Shown: piece after piece, positions 37,068-46,843 of the stretch
How positions within the stretch are numbered: the first letter of the stretch is position 1
Layout: every line of letters begins with the position of its first letter
Origin: Candidatus Thorarchaeota archaeon
Lineage (GTDB): Archaea; Asgardarchaeota; Thorarchaeia; Thorarchaeales; Thorarchaeaceae
Direction: 5' to 3'
DNA: 57,138 nucleotides
Assembly (NCBI GenBank): GCA_020348985.1
Contig: CP070761.1
Span: 1,651,227-1,708,364 of the forward strand
Translations under genes and position numbers: made by a program
The notes under the pieces: model-generated
The model's input: only the letters and a program-made list of their open reading frames with translations
Databases searched by the model: none
What the model was told of the DNA's origin: nothing

Positions 37068-38321
37068 CTAAACAAGTTTCTCACCGAGTCCCTTTCTGAT
37101 TATTATGATAATTACCAGAAGGGCGAGGATTTCCAGAAGACCGGCTACTACGAAAACACCCACGAAGTCGGTGAATATTGTCAATATCCCAAACACAAGC
37201 GGTCCAATGGTTATTCCAATATTGCCCATGAGATTGAAGAATCCCATTCCCATGGCGGAATCCTTCTGTTCCACAGTATCGCCTACCAGGGCCATAGCAG
37301 GTGGTGCCGTTACTCCAGAGAACAGTCCAAGGAGTGCTAGCATGAGCAATAGTGACTCAAAGCCAAGGACGCCAACAGCACCAAGTAGGGTCAGGATAAT
37401 GCCATAGCTGATGCTCCCGACAACTAGAGGTCTATAGCGACCGTACTTGTCAGATAACTTGCCCATTGGATACTGGAGGATTATGAATGGGGTTGCGAAG
37501 ATGGCCAAAGACAAACCTCTGAGAGATTCTGATAAGCCGAGAACAGTTGATAGGAAGAGGGGCAACGCTGTCAGTATGAACCCAATGTGAAGTCTGTCAA
37601 CCATATTGAACAGGCCAGGGACCACAAGCCTAGGATGGGTTCTTACTATATCGAGGCTTTCCCTCAGCTCCGGCCGGGCCTTCGTGAATTCGGGCTCTTT
37701 TAGGCCAGCGAGAGCAAGAATGAATGCCGCTATGTTCAGGCCAGATGCAACGTAATATGGCATGAACACTCCATACGATGCAATAACACCCCCTAGTGCG
37801 GGTCCCAATCCCATTGCCGTAGCCAGGAAGGCTCCAAAGAGGCCCATATTCTTCCCACGGGAACGCTCTCCCGAGAAGTCAATTGCAAGTGTCATGAAAG
37901 TCTGCCATGCCATGACTGTAAATGCACCCTGTATGAACCTGTAGACTAGAAGCAGTGGATACACTAGCGCAGTGGTCATCAGAAAATAGAACAGAACTGA
38001 CCCTGCTGTTCCAACGAAGACAAAGGCTCTTCTCTTTGCCCAAAGGTCAGAGAGTGCGCCTACGGTTATTCCTACTGTCAGATACGACAAATAGAGTGTT
38101 GTATCGAATAGCGAATACTCGAGCTCGCTGATTCCGACAAATCTGTCCAGAATGAACTCTGGCTGGTTTACGTGAAGTATGGCGGCCGCCGTGATGGTGA
38201 GTAGTGTCAAGAATCCAAGGAAGCCGATCCTTCTCGTTTCTCCGGTGCGGCCTTCTTGTCTATCTAGTGCGAGACTCTCTTGTTCAGACACCACATCGCT
38301 ATCTCCGTACTTCGAAATCAT
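37068..38321 (-). CDS. MFS transporter
   Basis: GALSDLWAKR and GKLSDKYGR motifs; about 12 TM. Confidence 0.92.
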   Translation of the reverse strand: MISKYGDSDVVSEQESLALDRQEGRTGETRRIGFLGFLTLLTITAAAILHVNQPEFILDRFVGISELEYSLFDTTLYLSYLTVGITVGALSDLWAKRRAFVFVGTAGSVLFYFLMTTALVYPLLLVYRFIQGAFTVMAWQTFMTLAIDFSGERSRGKNMGLFGAFLATAMGLGPALGGVIASYGVFMPYYVASGLNIAAFILALAGLKEPEFTKARPELRESLDIVRTHPRLVVPGLFNMVDRLHIGFILTALPLFLSTVLGLSESLRGLSLAIFATPFIILQYPMGKLSDKYGRYRPLVVGSISYGIILTLLGAVGVLGFESLLLMLALLGLFSGVTAPPAMALVGDTVEQKDSAMGMGFFNLMGNIGITIGPLVFGILTIFTDFVGVFVVAGLLEILALLVIIIIIRKGLGEKLV

Positions 38322-38415
38322 TCTGCGGCAGAATTGCAGCGTTTGCCTTGCGACTCACAGATAAGGCTTGTCTTTGAGTCTCAATATAGATGTGCACAGG
38401 GATACTGAATCAATG

Positions 38416-39231
38416 TCAGTCCGAAGGGTCAAGCGTCTCATCCATGGCTCCAGTTCTGTATCCATAAACATCTAAGGTCACGTACTTGAAACCATTCTCC
38501 CTCGCTAGCTCGTGAAGCGTATCCAGAAGAGATTCATCAAACAACTTGTTTCTCTCATCGCGCCCGACCTCAATGCGGACGACATCCCCGTGGAATCTTG
38601 CACGGACACAGTCAATGTCAAAGAGGTCTTTGACCCCCTGTTCGATTCTTTCGATTCTTCTTACTCTCTCTTCAGTAATCTCAATGCCGTAGGGGAACCT
38701 GCTTGACAAGCATGCCATGGAAGGTCTATCTGCTACAGACAGACCGATCTCTCGAGCATATTCACGAATCTCGTCCTTTGTGATGCCTGCTGTTCTGAAG
38801 GGGGAGACTATGCCTGCTTCCTGCAGCGCCTTAGCACCCGGTCTATGTCCTTCCATATCACTTGCATTCGTGCCATCAACCACAAGGTCCATACCCAGAT
38901 TATCAGCAGCATTCAACCACACGACTGCCAACTCCTGTTTACAATGGTAGCAGCGATCAACTGGGTTTTTCACAAGTTCTTCATTGGCGAGCTCGTCAAC
39001 TTCAATGATTTCTAGCCTAATTCCCAACTCCTTGGCTACATCCTGTGCAGCAGCTAGTTCGGATCTCGGAAAAGTAATACTGTCCACTGTCAGGAGAGCG
39101 GTTTCTTTCGCGTTTTGCTTTGAAAGGTGAGCCAAGACCGTGCTGTCTACTCCCCCACTGAATGCAACTAGGACCCTCTTCTCTCTAAACAGGTTTCGGA
39201 CTATGTCGAATTTGGCTTCAGCTAACATCAT
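38416..39231 (-). CDS. larE: ATP-dependent sacrificial sulfur transferase LarE family (PP-loop)
   Basis: AFSGGVDST, RCYHCK, DGTNASD..HRPG and ACLSSRFPYG. Confidence 0.92.
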   Translation of the reverse strand: MMLAEAKFDIVRNLFREKRVLVAFSGGVDSTVLAHLSKQNAKETALLTVDSITFPRSELAAAQDVAKELGIRLEIIEVDELANEELVKNPVDRCYHCKQELAVVWLNAADNLGMDLVVDGTNASDMEGHRPGAKALQEAGIVSPFRTAGITKDEIREYAREIGLSVADRPSMACLSSRFPYGIEITEERVRRIERIEQGVKDLFDIDCVRARFHGDVVRIEVGRDERNKLFDESLLDTLHELARENGFKYVTLDVYGYRTGAMDETLDPSD

Positions 39232-39385
39232 CGGCTACTTCTCGAGGCAGACTGAATGAGCGGTCTTAAGCCTATGGAAAGCAACAACAGACTACTCTCA
39301 TTTCAGTTCCGACATTGCAAGAAATACAAAACGTTATTCATTGATCGCTCAGATTCATTGTCCCTAGCCGATATGCACAGCGAAA

Positions 39386-39398
39386 CATAACAGTTATG
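39386..39398. promoter_or_regulatory. Putative W/Mo-responsive operator upstream of tupA
   Basis: Perfect CATAAC-A-GTTATG; near-identical site upstream of moaA. Confidence 0.6.
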
Positions 39399-39453
39399 AG
39401 GACCCCTTTCTGCAATCGCTCAAGTCTACAGAAATGTCTGGTGAGGCTACATA

Positions 39454-40455
39454 GTGAAACGCGAAAGAAAGACTCTGGCGGCAATCTTTGTCGTCTGCAT
39501 CGTGGGTATAACGACTGGAGTAGTTATATACACCGGACAGACTCTAGGTAAGAGCTTGTTGACAGTGTCAACAACCACAAGCCTCTTCGATACTGGAGTG
39601 CTTGACACACTCAAGACCGAGTATGAGGCTAGTCATCCCGACATCATTCTGGCCTTCATATCAGCAGGCACAGGTATTGCGATCACCCATGCCAAGAACG
39701 GCGATGCAGATCTGATTCTCGTCCATTCTCCGTCGCACGAGAAGGCATTCATGGATGAGGGCTTTGGAGTCAACCGGAAAATACTCGCTTACAACTTCTT
39801 CACTATAGTGGGGCCAAGCGAAGATCCAGCAAACATTAGCGGAGTTGACGCGAGTACGGCGTTGTCTCGAATCTATGATTATGGTCAGAGCCTGAACTCG
39901 AGCATCTGGGTCACAAGAGATGATAACTCCGGGACGAACTCGAAAGAGAAACAGCTATGGGCTGCTGCAGGTTTTGACTATGAAACAATCAAGGAGGCCG
40001 ATTGGCTAGTTTCGTCCGGTACGGGAATGGGTGCAACATTACGAATGGCAACTGAACTCGAATTGTACACACTTTCTGACATCGGGACCTACTTGAAGTT
40101 CTTCGCTGATGGTCTTATTGACCTGCAGCAATTGGTTGTTCCCTCGGAGTCATTGCTCAATGTGTATAGCGCGATAGCTGTCAATGCGTCACGTGTTGAG
40201 GGTGCAAGATTCAATCTTGCGATGGACTTCATTGCCTGGTTGGTTGACAGTTCAGCTCAGGAGACCATCGGCAACTTTGGACTTGAGGACTATGGCCAAG
40301 CCCTTTTCCTTCCAGCCGTGGGGGTTATCGAGTCTCAGACATCCAATGAAATCTATGGTTGGATCCGAAGCTATGCATTCTTCGATTATGACGGCACGCT
40401 ATACGAGTGTCCTCCACCGTGGAGAGAAGGTGATTATGGACTGTATCAGTCCTAG
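39454..40455 (+). CDS. tupA: Tungstate ABC transporter substrate-binding protein
   Basis: TTTSLFDTG, GTG.A...GDAD..LVH, R.DNSGT, GMG.TL and YTLSD.GT. Confidence 0.92.
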   Translation: MKRERKTLAAIFVVCIVGITTGVVIYTGQTLGKSLLTVSTTTSLFDTGVLDTLKTEYEASHPDIILAFISAGTGIAITHAKNGDADLILVHSPSHEKAFMDEGFGVNRKILAYNFFTIVGPSEDPANISGVDASTALSRIYDYGQSLNSSIWVTRDDNSGTNSKEKQLWAAAGFDYETIKEADWLVSSGTGMGATLRMATELELYTLSDIGTYLKFFADGLIDLQQLVVPSESLLNVYSAIAVNASRVEGARFNLAMDFIAWLVDSSAQETIGNFGLEDYGQALFLPAVGVIESQTSNEIYGWIRSYAFFDYDGTLYECPPPWREGDYGLYQS

Positions 40456-40473
40456 CGGAGAGTAGGAAGTACC

Positions 40474-41136
40474 ATGACCCTAGCAAGTGAAATCGTGGAA
40501 ATAACCCTCAGAAGTCTATTCGTGTCTGGGTTTGCCGCATTCATAGCCACGCTGATTGGCCTTCCCATCGGCGTCCTAGTCGGATTGAGGAAATTCCGAG
40601 GGAGACCTTTGGTCAAAGGAGTTTTCAATGGTATGATGGCTATGCCAACCGTAGCTCTAGGGTTGATTCTCTACTTGCTATTCTCCCAGACTGGGCCCTT
40701 GGGCTTTCTTCAACTTCTGTACTCCCCTTATGCCATCATTGTTGGACAAGCAATTCTGGTTGTCCCCATAATGGTGAGCATAACTACTGAAACAATTGAG
40801 AACGTTGACCCCTCGATTCGAGAGCTTGCCCTCACGCTCGGGGCTGACGAAAGCGGCGCCCGGGCTGCAGTACTCCGTGAATCCATTGGGGGCATTCTCC
40901 TGGCCTCGTCTGCCAGCTTTAGTCGAGCTATCTCCGAACTTGGAGTGGCACTGATGCTTGGGGGAAACATCGTAGGGCTCACAAGGATACTAACGACTGC
41001 TATTGCACTTGAGACCGCGAGAGGAGAGGTTGCTCTAGGTATTGGCTTAGCCGTCGTTCTTCTAGTGGTTATGCTTGTGATTAACGTGTCTCTGCGTCTT
41101 GCTGAGAAAAGAGTGCGGTGGTGGTTATGGCAATAA
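40474..41136 (+). CDS. tupB: Tungstate ABC transporter permease
   Basis: MPTVALGL..YLL.S..GPLG and RAISELG..LMLGGNI...TR.LTTAI.LET. Confidence 0.92.
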   Translation: MTLASEIVEITLRSLFVSGFAAFIATLIGLPIGVLVGLRKFRGRPLVKGVFNGMMAMPTVALGLILYLLFSQTGPLGFLQLLYSPYAIIVGQAILVVPIMVSITTETIENVDPSIRELALTLGADESGARAAVLRESIGGILLASSASFSRAISELGVALMLGGNIVGLTRILTTAIALETARGEVALGIGLAVVLLVVMLVINVSLRLAEKRVRWWLWQ

Positions 41137-42200
41137 TCGAACTCGTTGATTTGAGGGCTGGCTACGATGGCCAGCTTGCTCTAAAAGGTGTGAACCTAGA
41201 GATCGATCAGGGTGAGATTCTCTCGCTCATCGGCCCCAATGGCGCAGGGAAGACGACACTGCTAAAGACGATCGGGGGTCTCATATCGCCATCATCAGGA
41301 AGTCTAGTATTTCGGGACACGGATATAACAGACACAAACAGAGAGATTCTACGAGAAAACGCAACTCTTGTCTTCCAGAACCCGGTTCATTTTGGAACAA
41401 CTGTTTACAAGAATGTGGCTTATGGTCTTCGCATAAGAGGTGTCGATGAATCCGATGTTGACAAAAGAGTGAAAGAGACCCTCGAGCTCTTGGGCCTGTC
41501 GGGATTTGAGTCACGCAATGCCCGGAAGCTGTCCGGTGGGGAGCAGCGGAGAGTGTCTCTTGCTAGGGCAGTAGCTATTGACTCCTCAATACTCTTGCTG
41601 GATGAGCCCGGAGCGGACCTTGACCTAGAGAGCAAGCGAATTGTCGAGGAAACTCTAAGATCACTAAGCAAGGATAGAGGAACCACTGTTGTTATGGCAA
41701 CACACGATATGTTTCAGGCGAAGACGCTTGCAAGCAGAATAGCGACTGTTCAGGATGGACAGATTGAGCGCATCGGACGAGCCTCCACAGTATTCAGGCT
41801 TGAGCTGGAGAGCAGAATCGGAGACCATCCCGTCCTCAACAGATTCCGTGCACAAGCAGTCTGGATTGAATCTGATTGGACCAAAGGAGGACATCTCAGA
41901 TTGAGACTAGAAGGAGGCCTAACACTTGAGGCAACAGGCCATCGGGATGGCGATGTCACAATCATCATTCCTCCTGAAGACATCATAATCTCTAGGCAAG
42001 CCGTTTTATCAAGCGCTCGGAACTCGCTGAAAGGGAGTGTAATCAACATCGAGGCGTCCAACTCATCAGTTCTACTCACAGTTGATGTGGGTATTGAGTT
42101 AGTGGCACAGATCACAGAAGATTCCCTGAAACGTTTGAAGATAGAGAAGGGAGATGAAGTATTTGTCACATTCAAGGCGTCATCAGTGACTGTCTACTAG
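41127..42200 (+). CDS. tupC: Tungstate/molybdate ABC ATPase with C-terminal TOBE domain
   Basis: GPNGAGKTT, LSGGEQ, LLLDEP and SSARN...FKASSV. Confidence 0.9.
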   Translation: MAIIELVDLRAGYDGQLALKGVNLEIDQGEILSLIGPNGAGKTTLLKTIGGLISPSSGSLVFRDTDITDTNREILRENATLVFQNPVHFGTTVYKNVAYGLRIRGVDESDVDKRVKETLELLGLSGFESRNARKLSGGEQRRVSLARAVAIDSSILLLDEPGADLDLESKRIVEETLRSLSKDRGTTVVMATHDMFQAKTLASRIATVQDGQIERIGRASTVFRLELESRIGDHPVLNRFRAQAVWIESDWTKGGHLRLRLEGGLTLEATGHRDGDVTIIIPPEDIIISRQAVLSSARNSLKGSVINIEASNSSVLLTVDVGIELVAQITEDSLKRLKIEKGDEVFVTFKASSVTVY

Positions 42201-42223
42201 GATGGCCGAAGTGCATGATGGAA

Positions 42224-42236
42224 CATAACAGTTATC
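42224..42236. promoter_or_regulatory. Putative W/Mo-responsive operator upstream of moaA
   Basis: CATAACAGTTATC; AACATAACAGTTAT is shared with 39384-39397. Confidence 0.6.
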
Positions 42237-42255
42237 TCCAAACCGCATTGCCAGT

Positions 42256-43251
42256 GTGATGAAAATGGTCGACATGCAAGCCAAAGGCACTGCAGAGGAT
42301 TCAGCAAAGCAATTCGAACCTCTCATGGATGATTATGGTCGGCCAATAAACTACCTTAGATTGTCACTCACTCAGCGATGTAATCACTCTTGCCTCTTTT
42401 GCCACAGAGAGGGTGAGTACGAACCCGGATCCGAGATGACAATACAAGAGATTGAGCGCTTGGTTCAGCTTGCTGCTCGACACGGAATCAAAAGAGTCAA
42501 GCTAACGGGTGGAGAGCCTCTTCTGAGAGATGACATAATCGACATTGTCAAACTTCTCTCTCCACTTGTGGACGACCTATCTCTTACAACAAATGGATCG
42601 CTTCTCCAAGATCTGGCTCCAGACCTGAAAGCAGCTGGACTTGATAGAATCAACGTCAGCCTTCACACACTCAGAGAGGAAACGCACGGACGAGTCACTG
42701 GCAGCAAGGACTTGGACAGAGTGAAGAAGGGCATCAAAAAGTGCATTGAGGTTGGTTTGACCCCTGTCAAGATCAATATGACCTTGCTTAGCGGTTTCAA
42801 TGAGAATGAGGTCGAGTCAATGATAGACTTCGCCGGAGAGGTCGGTGCCACACTCCAACTAATTGAGCTTCAGGAGTTTTCTGGAGACACTGAGAGCTAC
42901 ACGAATCTATGGGTTGATCTCAATCCGATTGAAAAACATCTTGACAAAGTCAGCATCAAGGTGGAGCAGAGGTCACTGCATGGGCGCAGATTGTACACAG
43001 TTCCCACAGAGAAGGGATTGGTCAGAATAGAGGTTGTTCGACCGATGAACAACCCCTCATTCTGCGGTCAATGTACGAGACTGAGGGTGACTTCCGATGG
43101 TAAGCTGAAGCCATGTCTCAGACGAAATGACAATCTCGTGAACACTCGTGAGTATCAGGACATATCTGAGGCTGAAACCAAGCTCCTTGACGCCTTGCTG
43201 AAGGCGGTCCGACTTAGGGAGCCCTTCTGGAATGAGGAGGACAAAACATGA
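42256..43251 (+). CDS. moaA: GTP 3',8-cyclase (radical SAM)
   Basis: YLRLSLTQRCNHSCLFCH, TGGEPLLR and FCGQCTRLRVTSDGKLKPCL. Confidence 0.95.
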   Translation: MMKMVDMQAKGTAEDSAKQFEPLMDDYGRPINYLRLSLTQRCNHSCLFCHREGEYEPGSEMTIQEIERLVQLAARHGIKRVKLTGGEPLLRDDIIDIVKLLSPLVDDLSLTTNGSLLQDLAPDLKAAGLDRINVSLHTLREETHGRVTGSKDLDRVKKGIKKCIEVGLTPVKINMTLLSGFNENEVESMIDFAGEVGATLQLIELQEFSGDTESYTNLWVDLNPIEKHLDKVSIKVEQRSLHGRRLYTVPTEKGLVRIEVVRPMNNPSFCGQCTRLRVTSDGKLKPCLRRNDNLVNTREYQDISEAETKLLDALLKAVRLREPFWNEEDKT

Positions 43252-44132
43252 TAGATGTTAGAGAGAATGACTTCTCAATCGATGAGGTAGTAGAAAACAC
43301 ACGTAAGCCCGAGATGGGAGCGATAGCGCTTTTCCTAGGAACAGTGAGAAACTTCAGCAGAGGAAAGGCTGTCGAGAGACTCGAGTTTGAGAGCTATGAA
43401 GGTCTAGATGTCGAGAAGCTTGAAGAAGTCCGGAAGGAGACCATAGATCGGTTTGGAGTCACAGACGTATCCATCATACACAGGATTGGTACGCTACAGG
43501 TCGGAGAGAACATTGTTGTCATTGTAGTTGGCTCTGCACATCGTGACGAAGCTTTCAAGGGTTGTCGATATGCAATTGACCGACTAAAAGAGATTGTACC
43601 AATCTGGAAGAAGGAGTTCTTCGAAGGAGGAAGCTATTGGGTTGGGGAGGAAGAAGCTATGGATAGAGAGTCCATGGCAAAAGACACTCGCGTTAGCATG
43701 GTCGACATATCACAGAAAGAGCTCAGTCTGAGGACCGCAATTGCTGAAGGGTTTGCCATCCTTGCACCAGAGACAGTCGAAGCAATTCGCCTCCAGAAGA
43801 CTAAGAAAGGAGACGTACTATCTGTTTCAGAAACAGCAGGTATTCTAGCCGCAAAGAAGACTTGGGATCTTATCCCGTTGTGCCATCAGATTCCGCTTTC
43901 CTCTGTCGGCGTTTCTTTCGAATTCCTTGAAGATCGCGTGAAGGCGGTCTGTGAGGTTACTGCGACCTATTCCACGGGCGTAGAGATGGAAGCACTCGTA
44001 GGAGTCACAACTGCTCTTCTTTCTGTGTGGGACATGGTCAAGTATCTGGAGAAAGACGAAGATGGCCAGTATCCAACGTCGCGTCTTGAGGGAATCCAAG
44101 TCACAGAGAAAAGGAAGAGTGTTGTGGAATGA
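43248..44132 (+). CDS. moaE-moaC: MoaE-MoaC fusion (molybdopterin synthase catalytic subunit + cPMP synthase)
   Basis: F.GTVR...HRIG...SAHR...LKEIVPIWKKE, then MVDISQK...KGDVL...LIPLCH...TGVEMEAL. Confidence 0.92.
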   Translation: MIDVRENDFSIDEVVENTRKPEMGAIALFLGTVRNFSRGKAVERLEFESYEGLDVEKLEEVRKETIDRFGVTDVSIIHRIGTLQVGENIVVIVVGSAHRDEAFKGCRYAIDRLKEIVPIWKKEFFEGGSYWVGEEEAMDRESMAKDTRVSMVDISQKELSLRTAIAEGFAILAPETVEAIRLQKTKKGDVLSVSETAGILAAKKTWDLIPLCHQIPLSSVGVSFEFLEDRVKAVCEVTATYSTGVEMEALVGVTTALLSVWDMVKYLEKDEDGQYPTSRLEGIQVTEKRKSVVE

Positions 44133-44629
44133 AGGATGAACATAGTCGAGATCAGAAGATATCAACAGGATTCGCAGTTCTTGTTGTCAGCGATTCTCGG
44201 ACCATTGAGACCGACAAATCAGGAAAGTTGGCTCAAGAGCTTCTAGTCAGGGAAGGACATTCCGTTGAGAGGTACGACATCGTGCGGAATGATGAGACTG
44301 AGATCAGGCAGACTGTGGAAACCTACCTTCGTAATTCCGCAATACGTGTGATTCTTACGAGTGGTGGAACTGGTGTTGGCAGAAAGGATCTGACTGCAAG
44401 CGTCCTAGAATCAATGTTTGACAAGACCCTGACCGGATTTGGTGAGCACTTCCGTCGCCTCAGTATCAAAGAAGTTGGGCTCGCCGCTGTGTATAGCCGC
44501 AGTACGGCCGGACTAATCGGAAGCACAGTTGTGTATTGTCTTCCAGGTTCTAAGAACGCAATGAAGACTGCGCTCAAGAAAGTAATCCTGCCGAGCATTG
44601 GTCATCTGATTTGGGAGGTTGACCGTTGA
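44129..44629 (+). CDS. moaB: MoaB/Mog-family molybdopterin adenylyltransferase
   Basis: VVSDSR...DKSG, TSGGTG...D.T, SR..AG and LPGS. Confidence 0.92.
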   Translation: MKDEHSRDQKISTGFAVLVVSDSRTIETDKSGKLAQELLVREGHSVERYDIVRNDETEIRQTVETYLRNSAIRVILTSGGTGVGRKDLTASVLESMFDKTLTGFGEHFRRLSIKEVGLAAVYSRSTAGLIGSTVVYCLPGSKNAMKTALKKVILPSIGHLIWEVDR

Positions 44630-45840
44630 GAGAAATGGAACCATTCAAACTACTTGTATCACAAGAGAAAGCCGAAGAGATAGTTCTCGAGAACTGTACT
44701 CCAATAGAGGACACAGAGAGTGTCAAGATTGAGGCCTCTGCAGGACGGGTTCTGGCAGTCGATGTCAGGGCTGACAGATCAGTTCCACCATTCGACAGGT
44801 CGGCGATGGATGGATATGCAGTCATCGCAAAGGACACTTTCGGAGCGGATACAAAGGAGGTACTTTTGCGGCTAGATGGAGTCATCCATGCAGGGGAAGT
44901 ATCAGACGTTCGAGTCTCAGGTGGTCGCTGCATTCAGATAGCAACAGGCTCTCCACTGCCCGAGGGAGCAGATTCGGTTGTCATGGTCGAATACACAGAG
45001 AAACGCGGCGATGAGATTCTCATCACCCGACCAGTGTATCCCGGGGCAAATGTATCAAACAAGGGCGAGGACATAGTCGAAGGTGACGTAGTACTAGAGA
45101 AGGGTACTTTCCTGACGCCGGCAAAGACTGGCACACTTGCTGCACTTGGACTGACTGAGATCGAAGTTTATTCGAAACCGCGCGTCGCTGTGATTCCAAC
45201 TGGAAAGGAAATAGTCTCTCCTGGAGAACAGCTCGCCCCTGGACAAATCTATGACATTAACTCCTACACACTTCTGACGGTTCTCGAGAAGCACGGCGTA
45301 TCGGTTGAGCAATTCCCTGTTGCAGCAGATGAAATTGAGACACTAAAGGAAGCACTGACCCAGGGATTGGAGTACGATATGGTAGTACTCTCTGGTGGTA
45401 GCTCTGTGGGAGAAAAGGACTTGTTGGCGGGAATCCTGACTGAATTAGGTGAGGTTCTTTTCCATGGCGTTCAGATTAAGCCAGGGAAGCCTACGCTTTT
45501 CGGTATAGTAAACAACACACCGGTCTTCGGAATGCCAGGATACCCCACTTCATGCCTAAGCAACGCATACATCTTCTTGGTTCCTGCAGTGAGGAAAATG
45601 GCACGTCTTCCCAGTGTGTACGAGAGAACAGTCACTGCTAAGATTGGAAAACGGATAGTGTCCTCGTCCGGACGAAGGCAGTTTCTCACTGTTAGACTGG
45701 AGGGTGATGTTGCACATCCAGTATACAAGCACTCTGGAGCTATCACTAGCATGGCACAGGCAGATGGTTATGTCATCCTTCCAGTCAATCTTGATGTGAT
45801 TGAGGAAGGCGAATCTATCGAGGTTATATTGCTTGACTAG
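44626..45840 (+). CDS. moeA: Molybdopterin molybdenum/tungsten transferase
   Basis: PPFDRSAMDGYAV, IATG.PLP.GADSVVM.E, SGGSSVG..D, KPGKPT and MPGYP.S. Confidence 0.95.
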   Translation: MREMEPFKLLVSQEKAEEIVLENCTPIEDTESVKIEASAGRVLAVDVRADRSVPPFDRSAMDGYAVIAKDTFGADTKEVLLRLDGVIHAGEVSDVRVSGGRCIQIATGSPLPEGADSVVMVEYTEKRGDEILITRPVYPGANVSNKGEDIVEGDVVLEKGTFLTPAKTGTLAALGLTEIEVYSKPRVAVIPTGKEIVSPGEQLAPGQIYDINSYTLLTVLEKHGVSVEQFPVAADEIETLKEALTQGLEYDMVVLSGGSSVGEKDLLAGILTELGEVLFHGVQIKPGKPTLFGIVNNTPVFGMPGYPTSCLSNAYIFLVPAVRKMARLPSVYERTVTAKIGKRIVSSSGRRQFLTVRLEGDVAHPVYKHSGAITSMAQADGYVILPVNLDVIEEGESIEVILLD

Positions 45841-45841
45841 A

Positions 45842-46819
45842 TTAGTCGCTTTCAAACCAAATTCCATCAACAATCCTATCATACAGTGATTGCTCGATGT
45901 TTCCACCGCTTACAATTGCGACCACAGTCATTCCCTTGAATCTCTCTGGATCCTCAACTATCGGTCCAATGGAAGTAGCGCCGGCGCCTTCGACTATTTG
46001 ATTGTGCTCTAACCACAGTAATCGAATTGCTTTGGCGACTGTAACTTCTTCTGTGAGTACTAGCTCGTCAACATTCTGAGCAATCAAATCAAAGGTCATG
46101 GAATCAGGTTCGAGCCCTCCTAGAAACGCCTCAGCTAAAGTTTCGAACTCCTCTATCTGAACAATCTTCCCTGCGAGCCACGATTGATACATTGTTGCTG
46201 CGCCTTCCGTTTGCACTCCCATCACATGCGTTTCAGGGCGTAGCGCCTTGACTGCAATGGCGATTCCAGATATCAGCCCTCCACCTCCCACAGGAACGAT
46301 AATTGAGTCGAATGAATTCAGCTGTCTAATGATTTCCAATCCGATGGTGCCTTGTCCAGCGATGACGTCTGCGTCGTTGTACGGACTGATGTAGGGCTTG
46401 CCGGTATCTTCTGCCAGTTCTCTTGCCCTGGCTTCCACTTCATCAAAACCGCCTTCTAGGACAATGTCAACATCGTATCTCCGAATCTTCTCTAGTTTCG
46501 CTCCAGAGACATTCGCAGGGATGACTATCGTCGCAGGGATATTCAATTCTTGAGCAGCTCTAGCCACGGCCTGAGCATGGTTTCCAGACGATGCTGTGAC
46601 AACACCCCTTTCCCTTTCTCCTGGACTGAGTCGTGACATTCGATTGAGTGCACCTCGTATCTTGAAGGAGTTGGTGTGTTGAGTGTTCTCAAGCTTGAGG
46701 AAAACCTCGCCCTTCGTTATTTCGCTGAGTTTCTCAGACCTAATCAATGGGGTTTCAAGTACCAGTCCGCGGATAGTATCTTCTGCCTCCTCAATCATCT
46801 CAAGTGTAACCAAAGCCAT
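45842..46819 (-). CDS. ilvA: Threonine/serine dehydratase (PLP), catalytic domain only
   Basis: KLEN.Q.TNSFKIRGA, ASSGNHAQ, PVGGGGLISG and SGGN. Confidence 0.9.
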   Translation of the reverse strand: MALVTLEMIEEAEDTIRGLVLETPLIRSEKLSEITKGEVFLKLENTQHTNSFKIRGALNRMSRLSPGERERGVVTASSGNHAQAVARAAQELNIPATIVIPANVSGAKLEKIRRYDVDIVLEGGFDEVEARARELAEDTGKPYISPYNDADVIAGQGTIGLEIIRQLNSFDSIIVPVGGGGLISGIAIAVKALRPETHVMGVQTEGAATMYQSWLAGKIVQIEEFETLAEAFLGGLEPDSMTFDLIAQNVDELVLTEEVTVAKAIRLLWLEHNQIVEGAGATSIGPIVEDPERFKGMTVVAIVSGGNIEQSLYDRIVDGIWFESD

Positions 46820-46843
46820 TCTTGTTCTCCACGCTCTTGTCGT

